Counted from the stretch's first letter, positions 1 through 8,754 are shown. The stretch is DNA of 10,383 nucleotides from an uncultured archaeon (GCA_964549075.1 CAZJUB010000091.1:1-10383); one strand, 5' to 3'. Translations and numbers: made by a program. Notes: generated from the letters alone by a model not told the origin.

Positions 1-63
1 AATTACCTCACGATTCAACAAGGCAAAGTTAGATCTGCGTTTTTTTACTGTATTATCACTCAT
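1..63 (-). CDS. 5' end of a gene running off the left edge (MSDNTVKKRRSNFALLNREVI...), product unknown
   Basis: ATG at 63-61 with 21 open codons to the window edge. GTGAT RBS-like motif about 10 nt upstream on the minus strand. Too short to assign a function. Confidence 0.55.
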   Translation of the reverse strand, partial: MSDNTVKKRRSNFALLNREVI

Positions 64-119
64 TTCAATTGCAATCACTAATCTAAATTAAAAAGATTAA
101 CGATAGGGACTTTATTTAG

Positions 120-144
120 AAGAAAAGAAATGAAGAGAAAAAAG
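120..144 (-). terminator. Probable archaeal oligo-T/pyrimidine terminator of the CBS-HPF gene
   Basis: Minus strand reads CTTTTTTCTCTTCATTTCTTTTCT directly after the TAA at 147-145. Confidence 0.45.
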
Positions 145-192
145 TTAAAGTTCATCAAGTTCTTCTTCAATATATCTGTCACTACCTTATAG

Positions 193-1305
193 TCATCTAT
201 CAAGATCCAATTCTCGTTCAGAAACAATTTCTCTTTCAATGCGGTCTACTGCCACAACATATGCACTGAATAAGCCATAACCATCAGATCTAGCAACATA
301 TGTTTTACCTTTGTCTGTAGTTATTCTAACTCGAGTCTGATATAAGACATAACCTCTGAATTTTCTCTTAGGAAAAACTTTAGCATGCACAAACATTTGT
401 CCAGATGTTCCTATTATGTCTGCGAATTTCTTTACTAATTCTACACCCATTTCTATTACTTGTTCCATATCAGAATCGTCAACATCACCCAAGACTCTAA
501 AGTAGTAACCTTCTGTTGTTGGAGGGATTGATACACTTTCCAACAAGTCACTAGTAGTTAGAATTCCAACTGGATGGTTTTCATTATCAACAACTATCAA
601 TGCTTTATGATTAGCTTTGTACAGTTGATCTATTGCTTCTATTAGAAAGTCACCTTCTTTACATGTAACAACTTTAGAAGTCATGATTTCCTTAACATTG
701 ACTGATAAAAGATCTTGTTTTTCTGATTGCATATCACCTATTGTTTTTCTAGAAGATTCAGAAAGAACTAAAGTTGTAGTATCATGAGGACTTACAATTC
801 CTACAAGTTTATTTGAAGCGTCAACTACTGGAGTTCTTGAGATGTTGTGTGTTCTTGACACAGCGATGAAACGAGCTACAGGGGTATCTTCTGTAACGGT
901 AATAGGATTATGAGTCATAGCTTCCTTAACTTTTTTACTTCCAAAAATATCTTCAGAAGATCTTAATAGGTCTATATCTCTAATTATACCTATGATTTTT
1001 CCAACTTCTTCAACTGTTACTGAAAAGATTTTTTCTGATAATATAGCTCTTGCGATTACATCTGAAGGAGTATCTTTCTGAACAGTGTGTACTCTTGTTA
1101 TCAGAGTTGAGACTTTAGCTTCTGGTTGTATCCTTGATTGTAAAGTAACATGACGTTTGGTCAAATAACCGAGAAATACTCCGTCTTCTTCGAAAACAAG
1201 AAGCTCTCTCTCTTGTTTCTTAAAAATTTTGAGAGCTTTAGATAAAGGTTCATTACTACTTATTGACACATAATCTGAAATAATTGATAAAGGTTCGCCA
1301 CTCAT
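193..1305 (-). CDS. Four-CBS-domain protein with C-terminal HPF/RaiA-like domain; probable archaeal ribosome hibernation factor
   Basis: Four CBS cores (GVFLGYLTKRHV, GKIIGIIRDIDLL, NKLVGIVSPHD, NHPVGILTTSDLL) plus VKEAMT/VKEIMT CBS starts. The C-terminal YQTRVRITTDKGKTYVARSDGYGLFSAYVVAVDRIEREI matches by eye the HPF/RaiA beta-beta-helix ending (dly.Aid.a.dkLerql). The CBS call is strong. The hibernation role is inferred from the architecture. Confidence 0.82.
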   Translation of the reverse strand: MSGEPLSIISDYVSISSNEPLSKALKIFKKQERELLVFEEDGVFLGYLTKRHVTLQSRIQPEAKVSTLITRVHTVQKDTPSDVIARAILSEKIFSVTVEEVGKIIGIIRDIDLLRSSEDIFGSKKVKEAMTHNPITVTEDTPVARFIAVSRTHNISRTPVVDASNKLVGIVSPHDTTTLVLSESSRKTIGDMQSEKQDLLSVNVKEIMTSKVVTCKEGDFLIEAIDQLYKANHKALIVVDNENHPVGILTTSDLLESVSIPPTTEGYYFRVLGDVDDSDMEQVIEMGVELVKKFADIIGTSGQMFVHAKVFPKRKFRGYVLYQTRVRITTDKGKTYVARSDGYGLFSAYVVAVDRIEREIVSERELDLDR

Positions 1306-1325
1306 AATTGCGACGTTATTTTTTA

Positions 1326-1345
1326 AGTTTATAAGATTAACTTTG
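1326..1345 (-). promoter_or_regulatory. Putative BRE/TATA promoter for a leaderless CBS-HPF transcript
   Basis: Minus strand CAAAGTTAATCTTATAAAC. The CTTATAAA box (1335-1328) lies 23-30 nt upstream of the ATG at 1305, and no RBS is visible. Confidence 0.45.
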
Positions 1346-1398
1346 AATCAGATTTCTATCAGAGAAAGTATTCATGTCTGAATTTTAGGATTTCATCA

Positions 1399-1575
1399 CT
1401 AAATCGGTTTTTTCTGAAGAATAGGTGTTTGAAGTAAAAGAGTTAAAGTGAAAGTCAGAAGAAGAAGGAGAAAAGTCTGGTAGAGTAGATTTGTGTTAGT
1501 GACAGAGTTTTCCACTAAGATTAAGGAAAGGGGAAGAGAATAACCAAAGAAATAAACTAAGTTTTCGAGAGACAT
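1399..1575 (-). CDS. Possible small two-helix membrane protein (58 aa from Met at 1575; 79 aa from 1638)
   Basis: Two hydrophobic stretches (LVYFFGYSLPLSLILV; TFLLLLLTFTLTLLL) and a basic tail. It could be an artefact of a pyrimidine-rich strand. Confidence 0.3.
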   Translation of the reverse strand: MSLENLVYFFGYSLPLSLILVENSVTNTNLLYQTFLLLLLTFTLTLLLQTPILQKKPI

Positions 1576-1703
1576 TAAATGTTGTGTTGAGAGTAATACC
1601 CTTTTCTTTAACTTAAAGCAAATAATAAAGGAAAGCATGCAATGTACCTTTGAGAATATAAGAATATTAAGGTGCTTTTAGTGAAGAATTGCAAATTATG
1701 CAA

Positions 1704-4064
1704 CTAACCTAAAAACCTGTTGAATGGTTTTTTAAAATGTGACAAGAAGATTATAAGAATAATTATTGTTGGAATGATAAAAACTAACATCAAATCTAGG
1801 TGAAATTTGAACACAACTGGTGAGAACAATGGGATAGCATAGATATAGTTGGCTGATTGAACCAAAACGAAGAATAAAGCAGAGAGTATTCCAAATAAAA
1901 ATGCTGTTAAAACATAACTATTGATCTCCTTAGCAAGTAATTTGCGAATCTTTCCAGTTTCTAAACCTCTTAAATTCACCTGATTTAATACTATAGAAAG
2001 TTTATTTTTAAATTGAATAAAACCTAATAAACAGATGAATGATGCAAACACAAAAAACAAGTAATTATATATATTCAGTATAATGTTATAATCTATTTCT
2101 TTAATTCCTTTTTGAATCGAGACAGAGGATCCAGTAGATTCTCTAATTTCTTCTATTAACTGTTCCGTAGTAATAATATTAATATCAAAATCAACCAATA
2201 GTTTTGTGGTTTCTGAATATTCACTATACTCTTCACGGTAATTTGCAACAATAAAAGGTCTATTGTCTGTTTCTTTAATAAGAGGAAAATATCTGGTAAT
2301 AATAACTGGTTGATTAACTATTATACTGGTTTGATTTTCTCCGAAATTTGTTGGAAATAAATCTTCATTTCCAAAATCCAATTCATCTGCAAAACTTTCA
2401 CTAATATAAGTATAATTAGCATTAATCTTATGTAGCTTAGTTCTTTCTATTAATTCTGGAAATCTCATCGTTAGTTTTGTGAAATTCATCAAATAATAAT
2501 CATAAATAATTAGATATTGTTGAGTACTATGGAAAACTGGAAAAACAAATTCTATCCCAGGTACAGATTCAAGTTTAGAAATGTTTGCTAAAAATCCTTC
2601 TTCAATATCTATTACTAAATCAGTAGGATAGCTAGTTTTTTGATAAAACTTGTATTCAGCAATAAATGTATTAGAACTTATGTTAGTTATTACTATAGCC
2701 CAAACAATGAGGAGTGTAAGGTTATACCACGATTTCAAACCTGACTTTGTAGATAGTATTGTTTTTTTGATTAATCGTGATATAGAATCTGTAGTTTTTT
2801 TATTTACTCTTTTTCTCATCGTATTATAAGTGAGTTCTGAAAGAGAAATAGAGATAATATAGTAAAGAACTATTGATGAACCTATTGAAATTATCGATGA
2901 TATTAATGGTGGAATTAAAGCATAAAGAATGTTATTAATAATGATTAAAGTCAAAATAGAAATTAAAAGGGCAGTTATATAAATTAAAACTGAGATTAGA
3001 TTAATTTTAGTTGAATCTCTTTCTTTTTGGGAATTAAATCTAAATCGTTTATAGAAAAGATAAATATACACAATTAGCGTAAAAATGAATGCGAGAATAA
3101 GATTCAGAGAAAAAATCTGATTTAAAACTAAGAAAAAAACACCTAAAATCATTAAACTGACTGAATCTACAAATATTGGGAGAAAAACAGCTACATGTAC
3201 TTTATTTCTTGCATCCAATCCTCTTTTTTCAAAATTTTGCAGTAGTGTATTAATTTGCTTATTATAGAAATCTAAAAAGAACTCTATTAACCATGTAGAT
3301 AACAAAATTGATACAGCTGTTAATATGATCAAAAGGGATTGAAACGGAACTTCAAAAGAGGATGATAAATCAATTTCCAATCTGTTTGAATTCAGCTTAT
3401 TCAAGTATATAATATCAGTTTGAGCGATGAAGGAGTGAAATGCTTCAGCTATCTGATCAATAGTTTTCATATAGTTATTTATTGATGAAAATAGCTTTTC
3501 ATTCAAATTTACAGTATAGCCTAAACTGCAGTTATCAGAACCAATTTTGAATTCTTCTGAGAAAGAATTGTTTAATAAGTTAAAGTTCATTAGAATGTCA
3601 AGAGCGAATGGTAATTCTTCTAACAGAGAAAAAGTCGAAACATTAATACTTGAATTAAAGAAATTAAGGTGATCATCTAAAACATGTTCAGTTTTTACAT
3701 TCTCTGTATTTTCAGATAATCCTAATCCTATTTGTAAGACTGTATCATTTATTCTCAAATTGATAAGAAGAATCAGATTGTCACTTATAATGAGTCTAGC
3801 CCAATCTTTCCTGAATTCATTCCAATAATTTTGATACAGCAACATTGAGCTAATATTATCTGCAGTATAATTCTGTTTAATTTCTCCTGCGATTTCGAAA
3901 TCTCTTTCCATTCCTTCTGTAGTTTCAACTAGGGATACCTTCTCAAAAATAGCATAACCAATTCCAAATGAACTAATTAATAAAAATAAGAATATAGATA
4001 ATAAACCTACTTTGAGAAATAATTTAGGAGATCTTTTGAAGAAGAGTAATGCTAGTTTACTCAT
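1704..4064 (-). CDS. Divergent FtsX/MacB-like ABC transporter permease (duplicated architecture)
   Basis: N-terminal TM, large soluble domain, TM cluster, second soluble domain, then C-terminal TMs. Two degenerate FtsX coupling motifs (LLQNFEKRGLDARNK, VLNQVNLRGLETGKIRKLLAKE). GGTGA RBS overlaps the ATPase stop codon. Confidence 0.75.
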   Translation of the reverse strand: MSKLALLFFKRSPKLFLKVGLLSIFLFLLISSFGIGYAIFEKVSLVETTEGMERDFEIAGEIKQNYTADNISSMLLYQNYWNEFRKDWARLIISDNLILLINLRINDTVLQIGLGLSENTENVKTEHVLDDHLNFFNSSINVSTFSLLEELPFALDILMNFNLLNNSFSEEFKIGSDNCSLGYTVNLNEKLFSSINNYMKTIDQIAEAFHSFIAQTDIIYLNKLNSNRLEIDLSSSFEVPFQSLLIILTAVSILLSTWLIEFFLDFYNKQINTLLQNFEKRGLDARNKVHVAVFLPIFVDSVSLMILGVFFLVLNQIFSLNLILAFIFTLIVYIYLFYKRFRFNSQKERDSTKINLISVLIYITALLISILTLIIINNILYALIPPLISSIISIGSSIVLYYIISISLSELTYNTMRKRVNKKTTDSISRLIKKTILSTKSGLKSWYNLTLLIVWAIVITNISSNTFIAEYKFYQKTSYPTDLVIDIEEGFLANISKLESVPGIEFVFPVFHSTQQYLIIYDYYLMNFTKLTMRFPELIERTKLHKINANYTYISESFADELDFGNEDLFPTNFGENQTSIIVNQPVIITRYFPLIKETDNRPFIVANYREEYSEYSETTKLLVDFDINIITTEQLIEEIRESTGSSVSIQKGIKEIDYNIILNIYNYLFFVFASFICLLGFIQFKNKLSIVLNQVNLRGLETGKIRKLLAKEINSYVLTAFLFGILSALFFVLVQSANYIYAIPLFSPVVFKFHLDLMLVFIIPTIIILIIFLSHFKKPFNRFLG

Positions 4065-4068
4065 TTTT

Positions 4069-4731
4069 TCACCGTTTACCTTTAGAAAGATAGATTACAC
4101 GGTTAACTTTTTCCAAAATAAAGGGATCATGAGTTGCAATTACTAGTGTTTTTTTGTATGAATCAGCTTTTTCTATTAATAAACTCAAAACATTCTCACG
4201 CGCCTCTAAATCTAAATTACCGGTAGGTTCATCTGCTAGGATGATCTGAGGATCATTAGCTAATGCTACTGCGATAGCTACTCGCTGTTGTTCCCCTCCA
4301 GAAAGGTATTGAGGATAAGTTTTTTTATAACGTGTAATATCTAAATTTCCCAGTAAGTTTTCCACTCTTTCTCGAATAAAATCGTTCTTTTTTTCAGCTA
4401 TTAGTAAAGGAAGAGCAATATTCTCATAAATCGTAAACTCACTTATCAAGTTGAAGTCTTGGTAGATGAGTCCAACAGAATCACGACGATAATTGACTAG
4501 TTCTTTATCTGGAAATTTGGTTATATCATTACCATTCACTATGATTTTACCACTTGTAGGTCTCAGTATTCCTCCAACGCATGAAAGAAGGGTACTTTTT
4601 CCACTCCCGCTAGGTCCAGCAACAGCCACAATCTCCCCTTCTTTAATCTGTTCATTAAAATTTTCAAGAGCAACGGTTTCTACAATACCACCGTAAATTT
4701 TATACAAAGATTCAATAATTATCTGATTCAT
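4069..4731 (-). CDS. ABC transporter ATP-binding protein, LolD/MacB/FtsE family
   Basis: Walker A GPSGSGKS, Q-loop IYQDFNL, signature LSGGEQQR, Walker B IILADE, D-loop PTGNLD, H-loop ATHD. Overlaps the upstream permease by 20 nt. Confidence 0.96.
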   Translation of the reverse strand: MNQIIIESLYKIYGGIVETVALENFNEQIKEGEIVAVAGPSGSGKSTLLSCVGGILRPTSGKIIVNGNDITKFPDKELVNYRRDSVGLIYQDFNLISEFTIYENIALPLLIAEKKNDFIRERVENLLGNLDITRYKKTYPQYLSGGEQQRVAIAVALANDPQIILADEPTGNLDLEARENVLSLLIEKADSYKKTLVIATHDPFILEKVNRVIYLSKGKR

Positions 4732-7492
4732 ATCTTGCCAACTTCCTTTTATTTACTCCTGTTATTGTTTTTATTTGTTTAGTAGAAAAAGGGATAATTG
4801 TATAAATAGATATACTCCCAATTGCTACTATACCTACTATAAATAATCCGATTTTCGCATAAAATTCCCCTGCAACAGGTAGTAATAGACTATATAGAAG
4901 ATATTTCGCTTGAATTATTCCAGCTAGTGTACCTATAAAAAGACCAATAAATATACTTATGATGAGTGATTTTCTGATTCTTCTAATGATATAATTCCGA
5001 AGTTCTTGATCTGAGTATCCCCTAGCAACTAATTTAGATAGAGAAGGAGCAATAAACTGTATAGTAGCTTTTGTAAAAACAACAGTTATTATCGGAATAA
5101 AAAGTATACAAAAAACTAAGTCAAAATAGATGAAGAATTGTTCTGCTGCTTCAGATGAATAGGAATAATATGATCCTTTATCAGTTATACTATAGTATCT
5201 TACATTTGATTCTGAGAGATTCAAGTAACCTAAAATCATATTGAATACTTCGGTTATCTTTGTCTCTTTCTCTTCATTTGTAACATTGTTATCAGTTTTT
5301 ACATTTAATCCTATTAAACTGATTTGAGGTTCAAGTCCTAGCTGTGAACAAACATCTAAATAGAAAGAAATATCTATAAAAGCATAAGGATGAGTTGTAC
5401 CCGAAAAACCATTTTGACCAGGTAAAGTATCAACCGTTCCTAATATATTAACATCATCTATATGTTGAGACACACCATCATAACCTACATCACGAAGATC
5501 AACTTCAAGAGATATATTATCACCTTCTTTCAAATCAGATTCTTCAACTACAGCTTGATTTAGTATAATGTTGTTTTCCTTAAGAGCTAAAAGATCATTA
5601 TTTGTCTTACCTGTAATCTGTGAACCAAAGAAATGATTCCAACCAAGATTTTGAGATGCAAGGATGGATGCATTAAATCCAATCAACGTTGTACTAATAG
5701 TATGACCTTTGTTACTTATAATAATATTGTTAAAAAGAACTACTCCAGGACACATTTCCTCAATTTCTGTTATCTCAGATGTTAGATTATTTATTTGTTC
5801 ATAAGTACCTATTGTTCTGATTCCTTGACGTCTATCAGCAGTCACAATAAGATCCCATACATCTCCATATCTAGTATATTCAAAATAACTTTTTTTTGCT
5901 GTCGTAGATACTATCAAATAAAATAACAAAGCATATAAACAGATAGTTATTACACTCTGGATCCTGATTTTTTTTATTCCTTTAGAGAATATACGAGAGA
6001 GTAAATTCTGGAGTTCTATATTAGTTTCCTTTGGTTTTTGCCTTTTCTCATTTGCAAAAACTGATGCAATCAAAGCAGACAAAACTAAAACACCGCTGAT
6101 AATATCAAGACTTATTTCTAACGAGCCATAATTAAAAAAAATTGGTTTCCAGAATAATGGTTCAAAAATCATAAAAACTTGTAGAAACAATACGAGCATG
6201 AGTACAAGAATTATGAACAATCTTTGGATTCTTATTGTTCTTTTTAAGCTCTTATCTTCTTTTATTTCTATTTCTATATCTTTCTTGGTTCTGACTAAAA
6301 GGTTAAGCAATTTGATTAAGAAGAAAACTATAAAAAGCAATGAATACGTTTGAATTAAAAATGAAAAAGTGGAAAATGGTAGATTCATCAAAATAATAAC
6401 TATTGAGAAAACAGTAAGAGAAAGAATGACTACAAATAGATCTGTGATAAACTCAATAGATAAAAATAGAAGAATAGTTTTTTTCTTAGAAAAACCTCTG
6501 GATATCAGAATATTCTCGTTTTTCTTTAATATTTGATAGACACCGATGCCAATCAGAAGAAGTAAAACTGAAGCAAGTAAAAGATTGACTGTGCTTAAAA
6601 GTTGTATAGAAGTTATTTCATAGCCAACATACACTTCAAAATTTTGTATTAAAGACTTAACAGGTGAATGAATATATATTTGTTCTGGATTAAATCCTCT
6701 TTCTATATATTGATTAAAGATGTTCTTCTCTTTTTCATCAACCTCTTTCTCTAAACGTTCTATCGTCATTTTATCTATGAATTCTGGTTTCATAAAACCT
6801 AGAGAAAACGCTCCTAACTCCTTGGTATCAACAGAGAAATAACTTACTAATTCTGCGAGAACAGAGAAATTACCAATTAAATAATAAGGTGAGTTTTGAT
6901 ACTCAATTCTTGGACTGTAAAAACGATCAAAATCTGAACTTCGTGCTATAGTTGTAATATAAGTGAAAATAGCATTAGTGTCTTCTAGCTCTACCTTTGA
7001 AAAATTTGCGACAATCATCGTCTTATTCTCTGTTTCTGAAATACTTTGATAATAAGGTACAGCTTTTGTAAGATTAATTGATGTGGATTCAAATTCCGCT
7101 GATCCAACAATCGTTTGATTATTCAAACCACTATAAGAAAATAAACCACTGCTTAAACCAATGAAAGGGATTAAGAAATTCTTCTCTTGAAAAATATAAA
7201 TTAAGTTTATTACAAGAGCATATGTTAGTTGTACATTTTCAATTGATAGTGTATCAAATGCAAATAAAATATTCTCAAACGAGTTGCCTGTCATTCCATC
7301 TTGAGCGATAGTTGTGCTGAATTGATAGTCTAGATCTTTTATTTCATTTTTCAAGTTAATATTAAATGGTATTGTTACAGAAATAACCGAGATTCCCACT
7401 AAACTAAAAATAATCATGGTGATGATTGCTGAAGGTAATAACGATTTAACATTCCTACGATAAAAAGTATAGATTAGTTTAAGCATACTCAT
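4712..7492 (-). CDS. FtsX/MacB-like ABC transporter permease, large duplicated type
   Basis: TM, extracytoplasmic domain and 3-TM unit repeated twice. Coupling motifs KKNENILISRGFSKKKTILLFLSIEF and LSKLVARGYSDQELRNYI. MacB-like periplasmic segment (IILNQAVVEESDLKEGDNISL). GTGA RBS upstream. Confidence 0.85.
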   Translation of the reverse strand: MSMLKLIYTFYRRNVKSLLPSAIITMIIFSLVGISVISVTIPFNINLKNEIKDLDYQFSTTIAQDGMTGNSFENILFAFDTLSIENVQLTYALVINLIYIFQEKNFLIPFIGLSSGLFSYSGLNNQTIVGSAEFESTSINLTKAVPYYQSISETENKTMIVANFSKVELEDTNAIFTYITTIARSSDFDRFYSPRIEYQNSPYYLIGNFSVLAELVSYFSVDTKELGAFSLGFMKPEFIDKMTIERLEKEVDEKEKNIFNQYIERGFNPEQIYIHSPVKSLIQNFEVYVGYEITSIQLLSTVNLLLASVLLLLIGIGVYQILKKNENILISRGFSKKKTILLFLSIEFITDLFVVILSLTVFSIVIILMNLPFSTFSFLIQTYSLLFIVFFLIKLLNLLVRTKKDIEIEIKEDKSLKRTIRIQRLFIILVLMLVLFLQVFMIFEPLFWKPIFFNYGSLEISLDIISGVLVLSALIASVFANEKRQKPKETNIELQNLLSRIFSKGIKKIRIQSVITICLYALLFYLIVSTTAKKSYFEYTRYGDVWDLIVTADRRQGIRTIGTYEQINNLTSEITEIEEMCPGVVLFNNIIISNKGHTISTTLIGFNASILASQNLGWNHFFGSQITGKTNNDLLALKENNIILNQAVVEESDLKEGDNISLEVDLRDVGYDGVSQHIDDVNILGTVDTLPGQNGFSGTTHPYAFIDISFYLDVCSQLGLEPQISLIGLNVKTDNNVTNEEKETKITEVFNMILGYLNLSESNVRYYSITDKGSYYSYSSEAAEQFFIYFDLVFCILFIPIITVVFTKATIQFIAPSLSKLVARGYSDQELRNYIIRRIRKSLIISIFIGLFIGTLAGIIQAKYLLYSLLLPVAGEFYAKIGLFIVGIVAIGSISIYTIIPFSTKQIKTITGVNKRKLARYESDNY

Positions 7493-7576
7493 CTTTTCAT
7501 CACTGTTTTCATTACTTCATTTTCTATAAAATAAAAAAAGGAAAGTATTTAAAATTTATTTGATAATATTGTTTCA

Positions 7577-8101
7577 TCATTCGTAATCAAGATTTATTAT
7601 TTGAACTTCGAACCAATCACCATAAGCATTATCGTCATCAAAGTATTGAGAAAACCAAGAACCAGGATTATATATTAAGAAATAACAATGCCATTCGCCA
7701 TCAGTAATTCTTGAACCTGTGTCATATACCATAGGTCTTATTATTTGATCATCCTTTCCTGTGTCAACCTCAACTATTCTAAATATTAGGTCATCGTAAT
7801 TTACTAAATCATAATCTAAGGTAAAACTAAGATTAGGATCTAGGTATTCTCCAACATCTTCTTGTTGAACATAGAATTTTGAAGTTTCTTGCATTCTCCA
7901 ATCACCACTTGCGTAGTATTTAACTTGAAGTCGGAATTCTCCTCTATTACCTTCTCCATCATAAGTAGATTCCGTATAAAATTTTTCCCATTCAATTGCG
8001 AATGTATAAGCAGTTGCTTTAGTAAATGTTGTAAAATGAGGTGTAATACTAGTTGTAAGGGTTACTAAAAGCATTAATATAAATAATTTCTTTTTATTCA
8101 T
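7577..8101 (-). CDS. Secreted hypothetical protein with signal peptide and C2-like beta-sandwich motif
   Basis: MNKKK plus hydrophobic core, ending near T-K-A/A-T-A. The mature part is acidic and rich in Tyr/Trp, with LIFRIVEVDTGKDDQI resembling the C2 motif L.i.v.D.D...DD.i. GGAGGT abuts the ATG at 8107 but lies 6 nt from the ATG at 8101, so 8101 is the preferred start. Confidence 0.75.
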   Translation of the reverse strand: MNKKKLFILMLLVTLTTSITPHFTTFTKATAYTFAIEWEKFYTESTYDGEGNRGEFRLQVKYYASGDWRMQETSKFYVQQEDVGEYLDPNLSFTLDYDLVNYDDLIFRIVEVDTGKDDQIIRPMVYDTGSRITDGEWHCYFLIYNPGSWFSQYFDDDNAYGDWFEVQIINLDYE

Positions 8102-8107
8102 ACTCAT

Positions 8108-8115
8108 ACCTCCTT
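8108..8115 (-). promoter_or_regulatory. Strong Shine-Dalgarno AAGGAGGT
   Basis: Plus strand acctcctt at 8108-8115, upstream of the secreted-protein gene. Confidence 0.75.
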
Positions 8116-8190
8116 ATCTGCTATAAATACTTGAAAATTTATAACAATACTTAGCTTTGCAATATTGATATTTAAATATTGTTCATATAT

Positions 8191-8209
8191 TTGTTGATTT
8201 TTTCAACAA
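8191..8209. promoter_or_regulatory. Perfect 7-5-7 inverted repeat TTGTTGA-ttttt-TCAACAA; possible operator or hairpin
   Basis: Seen directly in the divergent intergenic region upstream of the secreted protein/ABC cluster. Confidence 0.4.
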
Positions 8210-8230
8210 TAGAGAAACCTAAGTATCTAA

Positions 8231-8749
8231 AATCTAAGTTTTTACCTAAAATACATCCAGACAGATGTTTTAGAAAGACTTAGACTAAGGATTGGTCTAG
8301 GAACTGGAGTTGATCTCTTCCATTCTTCAGGAGATGATGAAATGATAAAACTATTTGCATTGATTCTAGCAGATTTCCAAAGAAACTGTGATGAAGCGAT
8401 GGATTACTTGAAAAGAACAATATCACAATATCCAAATGGGATTTATTTTAGAGCAAATAAGGTAAACGATCTTATTTCAAGAATAGATCAAGATTGGATA
8501 GGTAATATATTTATTGATGATGTAGAAGTAGAAATAAGATTCGGGCAGATACATACTTCTGGTAGAGAAATTCCTACATGGGATACCCAAAGAGGAATTT
8601 ATTCTCTAGGAAATGGTGGAAGTTGGTTATCAAAGATAATTAATGACATAAAAATACAAGCACTAGAATTAGTGTTTGCATATCCTAAAAAAGCAAACGT
8701 TGAGGACTTCTTCAAATGGATCACAACAAACTGGTACTTCATGAATTAG
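8231..8749 (+). CDS. Hypothetical protein, probably a 5'-truncated C-terminal fragment (135 aa from ATG 8342)
   Basis: The frame stays open 37 codons upstream of ATG 8342 (NLSFYLKYIQTDVLERLRLRIGLGTGVDLFHSSGDDE) back to a TAA at 8228-8230, and that stretch looks coding. A GGAG at 8330-8333 could still support the 8342 start. Confidence 0.6.
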   Translation, partial: NLSFYLKYIQTDVLERLRLRIGLGTGVDLFHSSGDDEMIKLFALILADFQRNCDEAMDYLKRTISQYPNGIYFRANKVNDLISRIDQDWIGNIFIDDVEVEIRFGQIHTSGREIPTWDTQRGIYSLGNGGSWLSKIINDIKIQALELVFAYPKKANVEDFFKWITTNWYFMN

Positions 8750-8754
8750 GATAA

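Noticed and set aside
145-195. Genome-wide stop-codon reassignment or selenocysteine as the cause of the cryptic tail
   Set aside because: Two different stops (TGA and TAA) would need recoding, and TGA, TAA and TAG each terminate other genes in the window at sensible positions.
4493-4696. 67-aa plus-strand ORF
   Set aside because: Antisense shadow of the ABC ATPase Walker A region.
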